From contig CM119263.1 of NCBI GenBank assembly GCA_051294375.1, positions 29,257,134 through 29,321,133 on the forward strand: a DNA stretch of 64,000 nt. The letters are read 5' to 3'. This stretch comes from Paraspadella gotoi (taxonomy: Eukaryota > Animalia > Chaetognatha). The position numbers and the translations under genes are program-made. Below the pieces are notes generated by a model that saw nothing but the letters and a program-made list of their open reading frames with translations, ran no database searches and was not told where the DNA came from. Below are positions 15,342 to 27,097 of the stretch, piece after piece (the stretch's first letter is position 1; every line of letters begins with the position of its first letter).

Positions 15342-16582
15342 AAAATTGGAAAATCCTGACGTGATGGCCCAGTAAACATTCCCTAAACGGAAGAAAGGCT
15401 CCGTGACGTATTGCTATTAAATATTATAATACTAAATTACAAAAATAGCTTAAAATTTGAGAAATATAGCCTTTTTTTATGAGACTCAAACCTCAGACGT
15501 AACGCCACACGACAGAACGTGACAACATTTTTTTAATTCATTATTAATTAGAGAATCTGCAAATAGCGAACAAAGTTCGAGGCGAAGAACAAAAAAAAGT
15601 TGGATCTTTCCTTTGGAACAAATCTGCGACTCCACGGCGTTAAGCTCATTATGATCTCAACTTTTTTTGACGATAGTGATTAAAAAAAAGGAATTAATTA
15701 CAATGTGTGTACCCCGATGGCAAATATTACTCAAAGACTTAGGCAAACCGCAAACGGACTTTTTCTTTTTATCTCTTAAGTTGTAGTTTTTTTTTTTTTA
15801 AGAAAAAGACCAACTGTGGACCACACGAACTTTGTCAACTTTATTCTCAAAGGAAGACAGACACTTGGTATTGAAATGATGAAAAAGTAGGAGAAATGAG
15901 CCTCAATTCTTTTTAAATTAAGAATTAAATTAGTTTTTAGGTTTTAAGATTAGATTAGGTTAGGATTGGGTTAAGGTTAACGTTTAGGTTAGGGATTAGG
16001 GTTTATGTTTGTATCATAGGTTTTGAAATATATGAGGGTAAAATGGATAAAGGAACAGAGATGGGACGCTTTTGGACAAGAGAGCCGAAAAATGAAAGAG
16101 AATTTTAAAACATATAGTTAAAAAAAATATATAAATTGAAGGCTGGGAAAATTTAAATGGAAATTTCAAAAGATACTTGAAAAAAAATGGAAAGACTTAA
16201 AAAATGTAAAAATGCTTTGTGCGCAATTTCTCGCTTATCGATTGCGAATCGCGATACCAGACTCCAGATGTCATATTCATATCATTGTTTGAGAACAAAC
16301 ACTACATACAAACATTGCCCTTTTACCACCTTCAAAGTTTTTCTCTGAAATTCTATTTAAACCGTGTTTGTATTAAACTCTCTTTGTAAATAATAAATAC
16401 TTAAAGACTCTTATTCATTTCTCCCCACGCGATGTTTGCTTCTTTCATTCTCTCTTCTCATTTTTAAATATTTGTTTTTATTTTTCAAGGGAAATATTTC
16501 AGTTTTATGTGATATTTTTTTTTGTGTCAATGATGATTCGTTCAATTTTTAGTTTTATCTTATTTGTTAATTTCAATTTTGA

Positions 16583-17251
16583 NNNNNNNNNNNNNNNNNN
16601 NNNNNNNNNNNNNNNNNNNNNNNNNNNNNNNNNNNNNNNNNNNNNNNNNNNNNNNNNNNNNNNNNNNNNNNNNNNNNNNNNNNNNNNNNNNNNNNNNNNN
16701 NNNNNNNNNNNNNNNNNNNNNNNNNNNNNNNNNNNNNNNNNNNNNNNNNNNNNNNNNNNNNNNNNNNNNNNNNNNNNNNNNNNNNNNNNNNNNNNNNNNN
16801 NNNNNNNNNNNNNNNNNNNNNNNNNNNNNNNNNNNNNNNNNNNNNNNNNNNNNNNNNNNNNNNNNNNNNNNNNNNNNNNNNNNNNNNNNNNNNNNNNNNN
16901 NNNNNNNNNNNNNNNNNNNNNNNNNNNNNNNNNNNNNNNNNNNNNNNNNNNNNNNNNNNNNNNNNNNNNNNNNNNNNNNNNNNNNNNNNNNNNNNNNNNN
17001 NNNNNNNNNNNNNNNNNNNNNNNNNNNNNNNNNNNNNNNNNNNNNNNNNNNNNNNNNNNNNNNNNNNNNNNNNNNNNNNNNNNNNNNNNNNNNNNNNNNN
17101 NNNNNNNNNNNNNNNNNNNNNNNNNNNNNNNNNNNNNNNNNNNNNNNNNNNNNNNNNNNNNNNNNNNNNNNNNNNNNNNNNNNNNNNNNNNNNNNNNNNN
17201 NNNNNNNNNNNNNNNNNNNNNNNNNNNNNNNNNNNNNNNNNNNNNNNNNNN
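16583..17251. other. Assembly gap (669 N); other gaps at 8722-8746, 9069-9078, 15283-15307, 27428-27587, 28198-28222, 58773-58782
   Basis: Runs of N in the sequence. Confidence 1.
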
Positions 17252-17548
17252 CTGTTTATTTATTTACCTATCTGTATAATTGATAAAAAGAGAATGTATT
17301 AAGGGGAAATATTTTATCACATATAATATGCATTTTTACAGCATTAATGAGAAAGGAGCAAATGGGGAAAAAAAGAATAAGGATACTTAAAATATTGCTA
17401 AAAATCAAAATGAGAGTGAAAGTTCCAAGATTAGTTGATTAAAAGATGGAAAGCATCCTAGTTTTTTTTTTAAACTCCCACCCCTACTCCAAATTTCCCA
17501 TCCCTTTCCCTCCACCTCCATCCCCACCTCTCCGCCGCTCCACTCCAG

Positions 17549-18806
17549 GTGTTGGGTTACAAGGAGGTTCGAAAACTCTCGCACCTGCTGGACGATGCCG
17601 TCGCCATCCACGGGAAAGGCAACTTCCCGACGCTGGAGATCAAACTGCGGACCTCATCGCCTAAAGTCAGGCTGCGGCTGCGGAACGATGGGCTCGAGGT
17701 AAGGGAGCGAAGGGGGTAAGGGATGATGGGCTCGAGGTAAGGAAGCAAAGGGGGTAAGGGATGATGGGCTCGAGGTAATGGAAGGCAAAGGGGGTAAGGG
17801 ATGATGGGCTCGAGGTAAGGGAAGCAAAGGGGTAAGGGATGATGGGTCGAGGTAAGGAAGCAAGGGGGTAAGGGATGATGGGCTCGAGGTAAGGGAAGCG
17901 AAGGGGGTAAGGATGATGGGCTCGAGGTAAGGGAAGCAAAAGGGGTAAGGGATGATGGCTCGAGGTAAGGGAAGCAAAGGGGGTAAGGGATGATGGGCTC
18001 GAGGTAAGGAAGCAAAGGGGGTAAGGATGATGGGCTCGAGTAAGGGAAGCTGAAAGGGGGTAAGGGATGATGGGCTCGAGGTAAGGGAAGGAAGGGGGTA
18101 AGGGATGATGGGCTCGAGGTAAGGGAAGCAAAGGGGGTAAGGGATGATAGGCTCGAGGTAAGGGAAGCAAAGGGGGTAAGGGATGATGGGCTCGAGGTAA
18201 GGGAAGCAAAGGGGGTAAGGGATGATGGCTCGAGGTAAGGGAAGCAAAGGGGGTAAGGGATGATGGGCTCGAGGTAAGGGAAGCAAAGGGGTAAGGGATG
18301 ATGAGCTTGAGGTAATGGAAGCGAAGGGGGGGTAAGGGATGATGGGGCTGGGAGTGATGGGAAAATATTTTCGAGTAGAGTTTAGGAACGGACTGCAGAG
18401 GGCGCGACGATCAAGTTACAAGGGAAGTAAAGTGTCCGTTAAAAAGGTATTGAGGTCGGCCAACGTGGGGTGGCGAGGCGCGGCAAAAAGAGGCGTTTAA
18501 TGGCGGACGATCAATTAGGGGCCGTCTCAAAAAAGAAGAAAAAGAGGAGAGAGTTATCAGGGGCGATCAATGAGCCGATGTCAAATAAAGAAGACATCAG
18601 CGTCGCTCTATTAGTCAAATCCTCCGGGATCGCTATCGGCTCCGTGTGATATATATCTCTCGATCCGCAACAAAAAAACTTGAATAAATAAAGAAACAGA
18701 AAGAGTATTTTTGACCTTTATATCATATGATATGTATGAATACAAAATAAAGAGATTTGTTTGCGTTGGGAGAATCGGGACCTCAAAAGTAACGGAATAA
18801 GAGGGA

Positions 18807-18866
<60 letters not shown>

Positions 18867-21800
18867 AATCTCTGAAACAATAGAAAATATTTTTGCAAAA
18901 TATCTTAACAAATTGAAAAAAACGATACGTGACGTTGGAAAAGGCTAATGGCGAGATAAGAATAAATAATTTGTCGTCAGCGAAAAACCTATTTGAGAAG
19001 AGAACTTGTCAACTGTCAGGATGAAAAAACTGTCAAGCAGACGAAAAAAAAGAAACAAAGATAAATATTTTAAAAAAGGATAAAAAGAAATAGAGGAAAG
19101 AAGAAAGATATTTTTCAAAAATAACAAGAAGAAAACCGCAAAACAAGGAAACAACAAAGCATTTGTCCACCGCAGAAAAAGAGACAAGGGACAAGGGACA
19201 ATAAGAGATAAGGGCGACTATTTCAATGTGTAAAATGCCATAATGACGACAAGACATTTCATTATCAAAATGACGAATCTGTCATTAAAGCGTTCAGTGG
19301 GCTTAAGATGACAATACGCGATTTCTTAGACCTCCTCTCTCAGCCATGAATCTGGTCCTAGACTTTGAACCTGGCTTGGAGGGATCGCTTCTCCCCCAGA
19401 GACAGTTTACGGTCGTCCCGACGCTTTCCAAAGGGACCGACCGACCGACCGAGTGGAAATTGAATGCGGTAACAAGCCGTCGTGAGCTGAAGGGTTCACT
19501 CAATGAGCTACCCGGTCACAAAGAAAGATTCATCTTTATAGGCGGTGTGAATTGCGCGCAACGTCCAACTCCAAATCCAGTTTTAACTCCAAATCTTCCC
19601 AAATCTCTTTTTCGCCATCTCCTATATCTCTTTCTTCCCCCCCCACTCCACCCTCTCTCCCCCTCCCGTCCACAGGTCCGTTACGTGAAGCTCAACGGCG
19701 GAGCGGCGAGTCACGTGATCGGCTCCGCCACATTCGCCTTCAACGATCTCGACCTATCTTCGGCGTCAACCTCTCCCACGGCCTCCAACGGCCTCAAAGT
19801 CAAAGCAGCCGTCCTCGATTCCCTCGTCGAGTTTCTTCCCGAAGACGCCGCCGCCGAATCAACCGACGCCGCGGACGATGACGCCGCCGCCGACGACGCC
19901 ACGCCCTCCCCAACTTCTTCTTCCTCTTCCTCCCCTCTCCGCGCAGACCCGGTCGCCTTCAAGGAGGCCTACGTCCAGAAGCTCGTCCGGGTCTGCTCGG
20001 GCCCCGATCAGTGGAGCCTCATCTCCCTCTCCAACAACCGCGGGAAGAACATCGAACTCAAATTCGTGGATCGAATGCGTCGTCAGTTCGAATTCTCCGT
20101 CGACTCCTTCCAGATTCACCTCGACTCTCTCCTCCAGTTCTTCGACCACGCTCCCGTCCCCATGACCTCCGACTTTTATCCGACCGTCGTGGGGGAATCC
20201 CTCTACGGAGACTTCGCCGCCGCCGCCGCGCATCTCGAGGCCTGCTTGATCGCCACGACCAAGCCGGAGGAGATCAGAGGAGGCGGCTTGCTCAAGTACT
20301 GCAACCTGCTGGTCAGGGATTTTAGACCCGCGGACGAAACGTCGATAGGCTCGTTGGAGCGATACATGTGTTCCAGGTGAGGATTTGATTGATATTTCAA
20401 TCAATCAATCAATACTTCGATCAGAGGTTAAATCGTTCACTCAATCATTAATTGAATTAATTAGCCAATGAATGGCTCATACAATGAGTCGATCAATTTA
20501 TAAATCAATCAATAACTTAAATTAATCGAAAAATGAAATAAATAAATCAAACAAAAATATACATTCAATCAGTTCAATCAATCAATAGTCGGTCAAACCA
20601 TTTCTATACAACTATATATATAATTTAAATTCCTATTCAAATCAATTACATTTTAATTTCAATTTCTATTCATTTGAACTTAATTCGTAACTTCAATTCA
20701 ATTCAATTCGATTTTTTATTAATTCAATTAAATTTACTTCAATCCAATTTAATTAATTTCAAATTTTAATTCCATTCATATTCTAGTTCCAATTTCTCTT
20801 CAATTCAATTTTTTTTAAATTTCCATTTCAATTCAATTCAATTCAATTCAATTCAATTCAATCTAATTAACCCCCCCCCATCTCCCGCCCCTCCCCCACT
20901 CCCTTCAACAGATTCTTCATCGACTTCCCGGATGTAATCCAACAGCACAAGAAGATCGCCCGCTACCTCGCCAACCACTTCGTCGGCGACGAAGCGACCA
21001 AATTCGATTTCCTCATGACGCTGGGTCACGTGATCGACGCCTCGACCGTCTGCCTCATGGGACACGAGCGACGCCAGACGCTGACCCTCATCTCTCAGAT
21101 GTCGGGAGAAATCCTTCAGCGGCAGCACCTGACCCAACCGATGCTGCATTTACCGCCGCCGCCGATGCACTATTCGATGCTGCAGCAACAACAGCAACAG
21201 CAATTTACGTGGTCGTCGTCATCGGCGCAGCAGACGACGGAGCTGCCGCAACCGGAAGGAGAGGGACAGGAACAGCAAGAACCGAAGCAAGAACCGCAGG
21301 ATCTGCAGCAAGAACAGCAGCTGAGACGGAGCAAAGCCAACGAATCGACGTCCGAAGAAAAGACGAAGACGACGACGAATAAAGGGACGACGACGATGAA
21401 TCGACGAAAAAAGCGTAACAACAACAACAACAACAACAACAAACAACATCATCCTTTTCAATCCTCGTCGTCGTCGTCGTCGTCGTCGAGATTTCCTTGG
21501 TCTTCGATGGAAGCGACTTTCACGATGGCGCCGCCGCCGCCGATGCAGCATCCGCCGCTTCCGCCGCTTCCGCCGCTGCACGAACCTCCTCCCAATTATC
21601 AGACGACGGACGTTGGCGGGGGACCTGGCGGCGTCGGGGGCGTCGGCAGCGGCGACACCTTCCACACTCCCGCCGCACGTCACGGACTCCGCCTTCCTCT
21701 CGATCAGACGGGATGTGGGATCGAGGCCGGCTGCGTCAATCCCAGCGTCGCCGCGTCGCCCTGCTGCACGCCCTCCTCTGGCTTCTACAGCCCCAACTCT

Positions 21801-22841
21801 CCCATGTCTCCGTCGAACGGGTGTTCCGCCTCCAGCTGTTGCGGCAGCAGTAGTAGCAGCAGCAGTTCGTCCGGGGTGAGCGGTTGCGGCAGCCTGCACA
21901 GCCTGCCGCCCTCGTGGATCGGGCCGCACCATCAGATCACCGTGGTGGACTTGAGTCGGGCGCCGCCGAATCTGCAGCAGCAACAGCAGCAGCCGCCGCC
22001 GGCGCCGTCGTCGCCCTTCTCCGCCTCCAGCGTATGCACCAACGCCTCTTCCTCTTGCATCTCTTCGTCGCCGCCCTCTCCCGTCAACAACAACAACAAC
22101 CACGCCGCCAACGGCTTCTTGACGACCTATTCGGACGTTTGCTTCCACTCCGGCGTCGCTTCTGGCTACGGCTGCCACGGACGCGCCGCTTTGCAGGCCC
22201 TGCAGCCGGGAACCGTTCCCGATTGCTGCGCGCCCTGTTGCTACTACCCTTGCGCGGCGGGCTGCGGCTACGGGACGGCAGCGCCGCAAGTTCCCGTTGT
22301 CTCCTGCCTCGTGCACGAATCCTTTCCGACGGAGGAATGCGGCAGCTGCGAGGAAGCAGCGGCTGCCGCTACCGCTCCCGAGATGCACGTCCCGGAATCC
22401 CTTCAACTTCCGCCGCAGCAGTTGCAGCAACTGCCGGTGAGCAGCGTCGGTGGCGGAGTGTTCTACGCCGACTTGACCGGATTCTCTCAGTATTACATCC
22501 TCCAAGGCTTCGAGGGCGCCGAGAGTTTCGTCGCTTCGGAGTCTCTCGTCCAGTCGGCGCCGCCGCCGCCTTCGTCCTCCTCCTTGCAGCAACACCAGCA
22601 GTTTCAGCAGCAACAACAGCCGCCGATGATGCAGCATCACCAGTCCGCAGCGCCATCCGTACAGCATTCCAGTTTGACTCCGGCGTCTAAATTCGGCGTC
22701 AAATCCACTTCCGGTCATGCGGCGTCGTACGTACCCGTCGCAGCGACTGCGGCGCCCCCTTGCGGCGGCCAACACTGTTGTCAACACGGGGGATTCGCGG
22801 CGACGCCGCCGGTGAATCCCCCGACGCTGTTGTGCTCTTGA
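17549..22841 (+). CDS. TENT5: Terminal nucleotidyltransferase 5 (TENT5/FAM46 family non-canonical poly(A) polymerase); coding exons 17549-17698, 19676-20376, 20912-22841; first coding exon not securely located
   Basis: The spliced translation carries FAM46 hallmarks: [36 protein letters not shown]|[90 protein letters not shown]|[22 protein letters not shown]. Introns are GT-AG with matching phases (0 and 2). Stop TGA at 22839-22841. Short compensating indels appear near 17650-17662 and 19754-19778. Confidence 0.95.
17686..18345 (+). repeat. 39-nt minisatellite (~17 units) whose unit is the TENT5 exon end + 5' splice site
   Basis: Unit GATGGGCTCGAG|GTAAGGGAAGCAAAGGGGGTAAGGGAT. The first unit overlaps the true exon end at 17698. 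Confidence 0.95.
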
Positions 22842-25800
22842 TTCACCGAATCACAAAACACTTCGTCAAACGATCCTAAAGTCGATCCACGAGTCGGAAG
22901 TTTCCAAATGCGTTCCTGAGTTCGGAATGTGACTTTCAAAATTTGGGCAAAGACGGTGACGACGACATTTTTAAGCTTCGTGAGAGCGTCGGTGATTCTG
23001 GAATGCTCCATGGGCTTTCAAGTCAGGAACGCTTTCTGGGATTGGGTTGGTTTTAAAGATGGATCGTAAGTCAGGGATGCTTCAAAATCCTTGTTAGTCT
23101 TGAGAGGAGTAAAGGGCTGAAAGTCAGAATGGTTTAAAGCGACTCTCGCTAGGGGGAAAGCATTGATGCTTTACTACAACTTAAAATGCATCGAGCATCG
23201 ATACATCTTCTTAGTTAAGAATGCGTCGTTGAGCTCCCAAGTCAGGAAAGCATTGAAGAGCTCTCCAGACAGGAATGCGGCTCCGCGCGCCTGAATGAGA
23301 ATGCTTCGATGTTTGTCCTCCAGAGGGCAGTAGCGTTGCTCTCCTGTTTCGCCCTCTCTTTTTTTCTTTTTGATTGTATCGCTGTTCCCTCGTCTTTCTC
23401 GTAACTTAGCGCAACAAAACAAAAAAAAACTAAAAAAACCAAAAAAAACAAAAAAGGTGATGAGTTGTTTTTATTTTAAAGAATATTTAACAGATAAAAG
23501 AGATGTATTTATATATCTATATACCTATGAAGAACGTAGATTCGGAAAAGCCTACATAACCCATTTTTTGTTATTTCTTTAATCGCCTCGTACAGTTGAG
23601 TCCGTAGGGAGAGTTACTGACCGAGATTTTTTTTGTAAACAAAAACAAAAACAAAATCGCGTTTCGTCGCTAAAATCGATGAATTTTCGGGGAAAAAAAC
23701 TTCTTTACTAGAATACTCTCTAATTTTGTCTTTCGATTATACATGTTTTATAATTGTATATGTCATATTAACTGTGTTGTGCGTCACCCGACAGAAAAAA
23801 AAATCCCAAAAATCAAATTTAAAAAAAAAAATCAAGATTTAAACGCAATTTAGTTTTGCAGAAATTTTTGATTTCCTATGTATTTATTTTTTGTATCGTG
23901 CTTTAAATTTGATAAAGATCCTGATTCTTAGAACCGAGTTTGTATTTATAACACTGTAATAACTAAATAGATTCGACCCGAAATCAATTTCGAGTTTAAG
24001 GCTTTTCCAATAACCGTTTTAAAAATTAAAAAAAAAATAACAAAAATATTGTGCCTTCTTCAAAGAAATTATTCACAGTGAAAATTGAACGAAACACGAA
24101 AAGATTTTACTCACTTTTGGTTATCCATATCTTAGCGTTTAAACTTTAAGCGAATTAAAGCGTTGGATTTTCTAAATTAAGTTCATATATATGAACTTTA
24201 AAAACAACCAATCGTAAAAAAAATGTGCGGGGGATTTTTTTTCAAATTGTCATAATCAAGTCACGTGTGCTCGCAACATAAAAGAAGAACAACTACTAGT
24301 CTAAGATCAATCGTAGAATTCCATTTGTCTGGTTATGTGATAAAATTAGTAAAACTAGACACATTTTCAAAAAATAAAGCTGTCTGTAGCTATATCACAT
24401 GCACATTTTGATCATATTGAAATATATAAATAAAAACAAAATAAAAAATTTAATCGTTGTTTTTTTTTTTATTCCTGGAGGTAAAGGGAACTGAAGCCTA
24501 AAAGTTAGTGCAAACGTCATTAACCATTAACCAGTTTGCTAAACTGATTCAAAATCGCACTTGAACATAGAATAAAAACAACAAACAAACGATAGAAAAA
24601 GATACGATCTCCTAAATTCGTTTACGTAAGTTTTTTTTTCAATGTAAATTTCCGTCTAAAACATAAACACCGACTTTGGAATCTCGAATGTTCTCTTGTT
24701 TTATTCCGTTTATCGATCACGTAACCAATTTGGAAAATTCTCGTTTTCAATTGAAATTCAGTTTTATTTTCTGTGAGGGAGTTTGAAAAAAGATTTGTAG
24801 ATTTGATGAATCCCATTAAAATTGTTTATTGTTGAACAAAGACATGGCGGCAATAAAATGTTTTAGTATTGCTAATTTTTTGAACTAACTCGATTTAAAA
24901 ATAAGCGTGACTCATTCAGTGTTAATTACTTTGATTTGAGAACAAGGCGTGAAGAAACTGTCAAAAAACTATTTGTCAAATTGAAGTAACAGGGTGTAAA
25001 ATCTAACCGGTCAAACTTTGGGTTGAGCCGCTAAATTAGCTCGAATTTATTGCTCGGGATTATGTCAATGTAACTCCAAATTCATTTAAGTGATTGAGCA
25101 ATATTATTTTCCACGTTATTCCTTTGACGAAAAACTTTGTGCTGCATGAACTTATATAGTTTATTCTATTTGAAATCTAACATCGGCAAGATTGATATTC
25201 GTCGACTACTTGTAGCACAAGTACAACACATTTAAAAACAAAACAAAAGACAAATAAAGAATCAAAGTTGCTGACCTGAACTATAGATGTCAGAATTTCC
25301 CATAGCTAATTAAAAAAAGAACATCGCCTTCTATTCCTGAAACAGTCAGAGTGAAGAACTTGGGTTCGTTAAGCTAATAAGTCATCCAACAGCCAGATTA
25401 TATTTTTTAAAGAAATAAGTTTTCATTTAACATGTAGGGGGATAAACAGAATTTCTTAAAGTTTTTTTGTGACTTAAAATTAAAATTAAAATTTTCGTGG
25501 ACTAGTTTTTTGTATATTCACCTATAATGATAAAATTTTATATTAAAATAAAATGCTAGCTTATATAATTTTGGGAGTTTTATTTATTTTCGAAGTAAAA
25601 GATCAAAAAATATTTTGATTTTTACGTTTTTTGGCTTAAAACTGAAAGGCTAAAACTAAATATACTAGGCAACAGGCAACATGTCATTTTTAAAGATTTA
25701 TAAACTTTCTAAGCTTTCTAAACTTTCCTTTGTTGAGTTTGATAGACGAAATTTTTTTTTTAAACAACGTTATAAGAAAGTCTTACAAAAAAGTCGAAAC

Positions 25801-26114
25801 ATATTCGTTTATTTTTCTTTTTCAACTTTCCCGTCGTTCTTAAACAAAATAAATTTTATCCGTCTCTGAAAATTAAAAAAAAAAATAGTATGTATATAAA
25901 TCTCTGAGCTACTCTCTTTGGTAACGTCAAACGATGATATAACCTAATAATACCTACTACACAGTTTACTATAAGTCAAAGCGCATTTATTCCGAGCTCC
26001 TTTATTTATTCGGACCCCCAATGAGGGTCCAACTCTAATTCTGATTCGCGACCCGATTTTTCTTTTCTTTAAAATCCAGAATCTGAAAATCGAGATCAGG
26101 AAAACGAAACCGGT

Positions 26115-26480
26115 TTTGAGTTGCGCCACGAGTTCTCGCGGACAACTCGATAAGTCACTTTTCGGTCGGTCGGTCAGTCGGCTGTCCGTGGGTCTGTCCG
26201 ATCGGTCTGTCCGTCGGTCTGTCCTACTTTATTTAAAATGCGTATATATCGCTTTATAGTTGGTTGCTCATTTGTTAAAAAAAAAAACCACCTCAAATAT
26301 AAGGGACTGCCAGCGCCGGCTTCAGGAATTTCAAATATAGAGGAAAAAACGAAATTTTGAAGCAGTGCATTGCACAAATACACGGGAAAAGAAAGTTTCT
26401 TAGTCATGTCATGTCACGGCATATCATGTGATCAAAGAGAAATACACTTGAAAATAAAGTCACTTTGTGAACACATTGGA
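26115..26480 (+). mobile_element. Non-autonomous Helentron/DINE-like interspersed repeat with (GTCG/GTCC)n tract
   Basis: Short IR GAGTTG...CAACTC followed by AAGTCACTT and (TCGG/TCTG)n. The 5' part recurs at ~54760-54830. The 3' part (AAGGGACT..AGCGCCG..TTCAGGAATTTCAAA..GTCATGTCATG) recurs at 57420-57620. Class assignment is from architecture only. Confidence 0.55.
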
Positions 26481-26789
26481 ATTACGGTTTCTCTTCTTCT
26501 TCTTCTTCTTCTTCTTTCTTTCTTCTTCTTCCTGCAGAATAAACAATCAAGGCAGCGGCGGCTGCGCGCTCTTTCACTGAAAGATAAATTACCTTCCGCA
26601 ACAGAAGAGGGAAAGTGAAGCTCAATATTTAAACTTACCCAGAGTTTCGTTAAACTCACCGCGTATATTTATATAATTATTGCGTTAAAAACCAACTTCG
26701 ACTAAATGTAAAACAGTCAACTTAAAAACTAACTTTGCCTCGAGATTAGCGCCGGATTCTCGGCGTCAAACTCGGCGTTCGACGCTGGA

Positions 26790-27020
26790 ATGATGGACGT
26801 CTCGATCCGGCGCCCAAAACGCCGCTTCGATAGACGCCGCTTCTCTAGGCGCCACCAACGACGCCGCTTCCCTCGGCACCTCCAACAATTCGACGCGGAC
26901 GGAACCCCAGTTCCGGCGCCGAGCCAAAGCCGACCCAAGCCGGACGTACATTTCATCGGCCGGACGGTCGACACCGCCGGAACCGAATGAAAACGGTGAA
27001 TGACGCTGAATTAATTAATT

Positions 27021-27097
<77 letters not shown>

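Larger units (their letters stand above)
3549..18563. repeat. Overlapping multi-kb direct duplications (probable gap-filling/uncorrected long-read artefact)
   Basis: 8747-10440 matches 3549-5350. 12170-15240 is a very noisy match to 5350-7385. 15308-16582 matches 5560-6832. 17252-18563 matches 7361-8721. Differences are mostly 1-nt indels, and junctions coincide with 25-N gaps (8722-8746, 15283-15307). Confidence 0.85.

Noticed and set aside
15940-16005. TTAGGG-like repeats as an interstitial telomere
   Set aside because: Short and degenerate, and embedded in a dispersed repeat also seen at 38536-38833.
19346-19675. N-terminal 110 aa of the 344-aa ORF as the TENT5 start
   Set aside because: FAM46 similarity begins only after the polypyrimidine tract and cag acceptor at 19675. 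The upstream conserved part is in exon 17549-17698.
21219-22787. 522-aa minus-strand ORF and other overlapping ORFs
   Set aside because: Antisense shadow of the GC-rich, low-complexity TENT5 last exon; no recognisable motifs.
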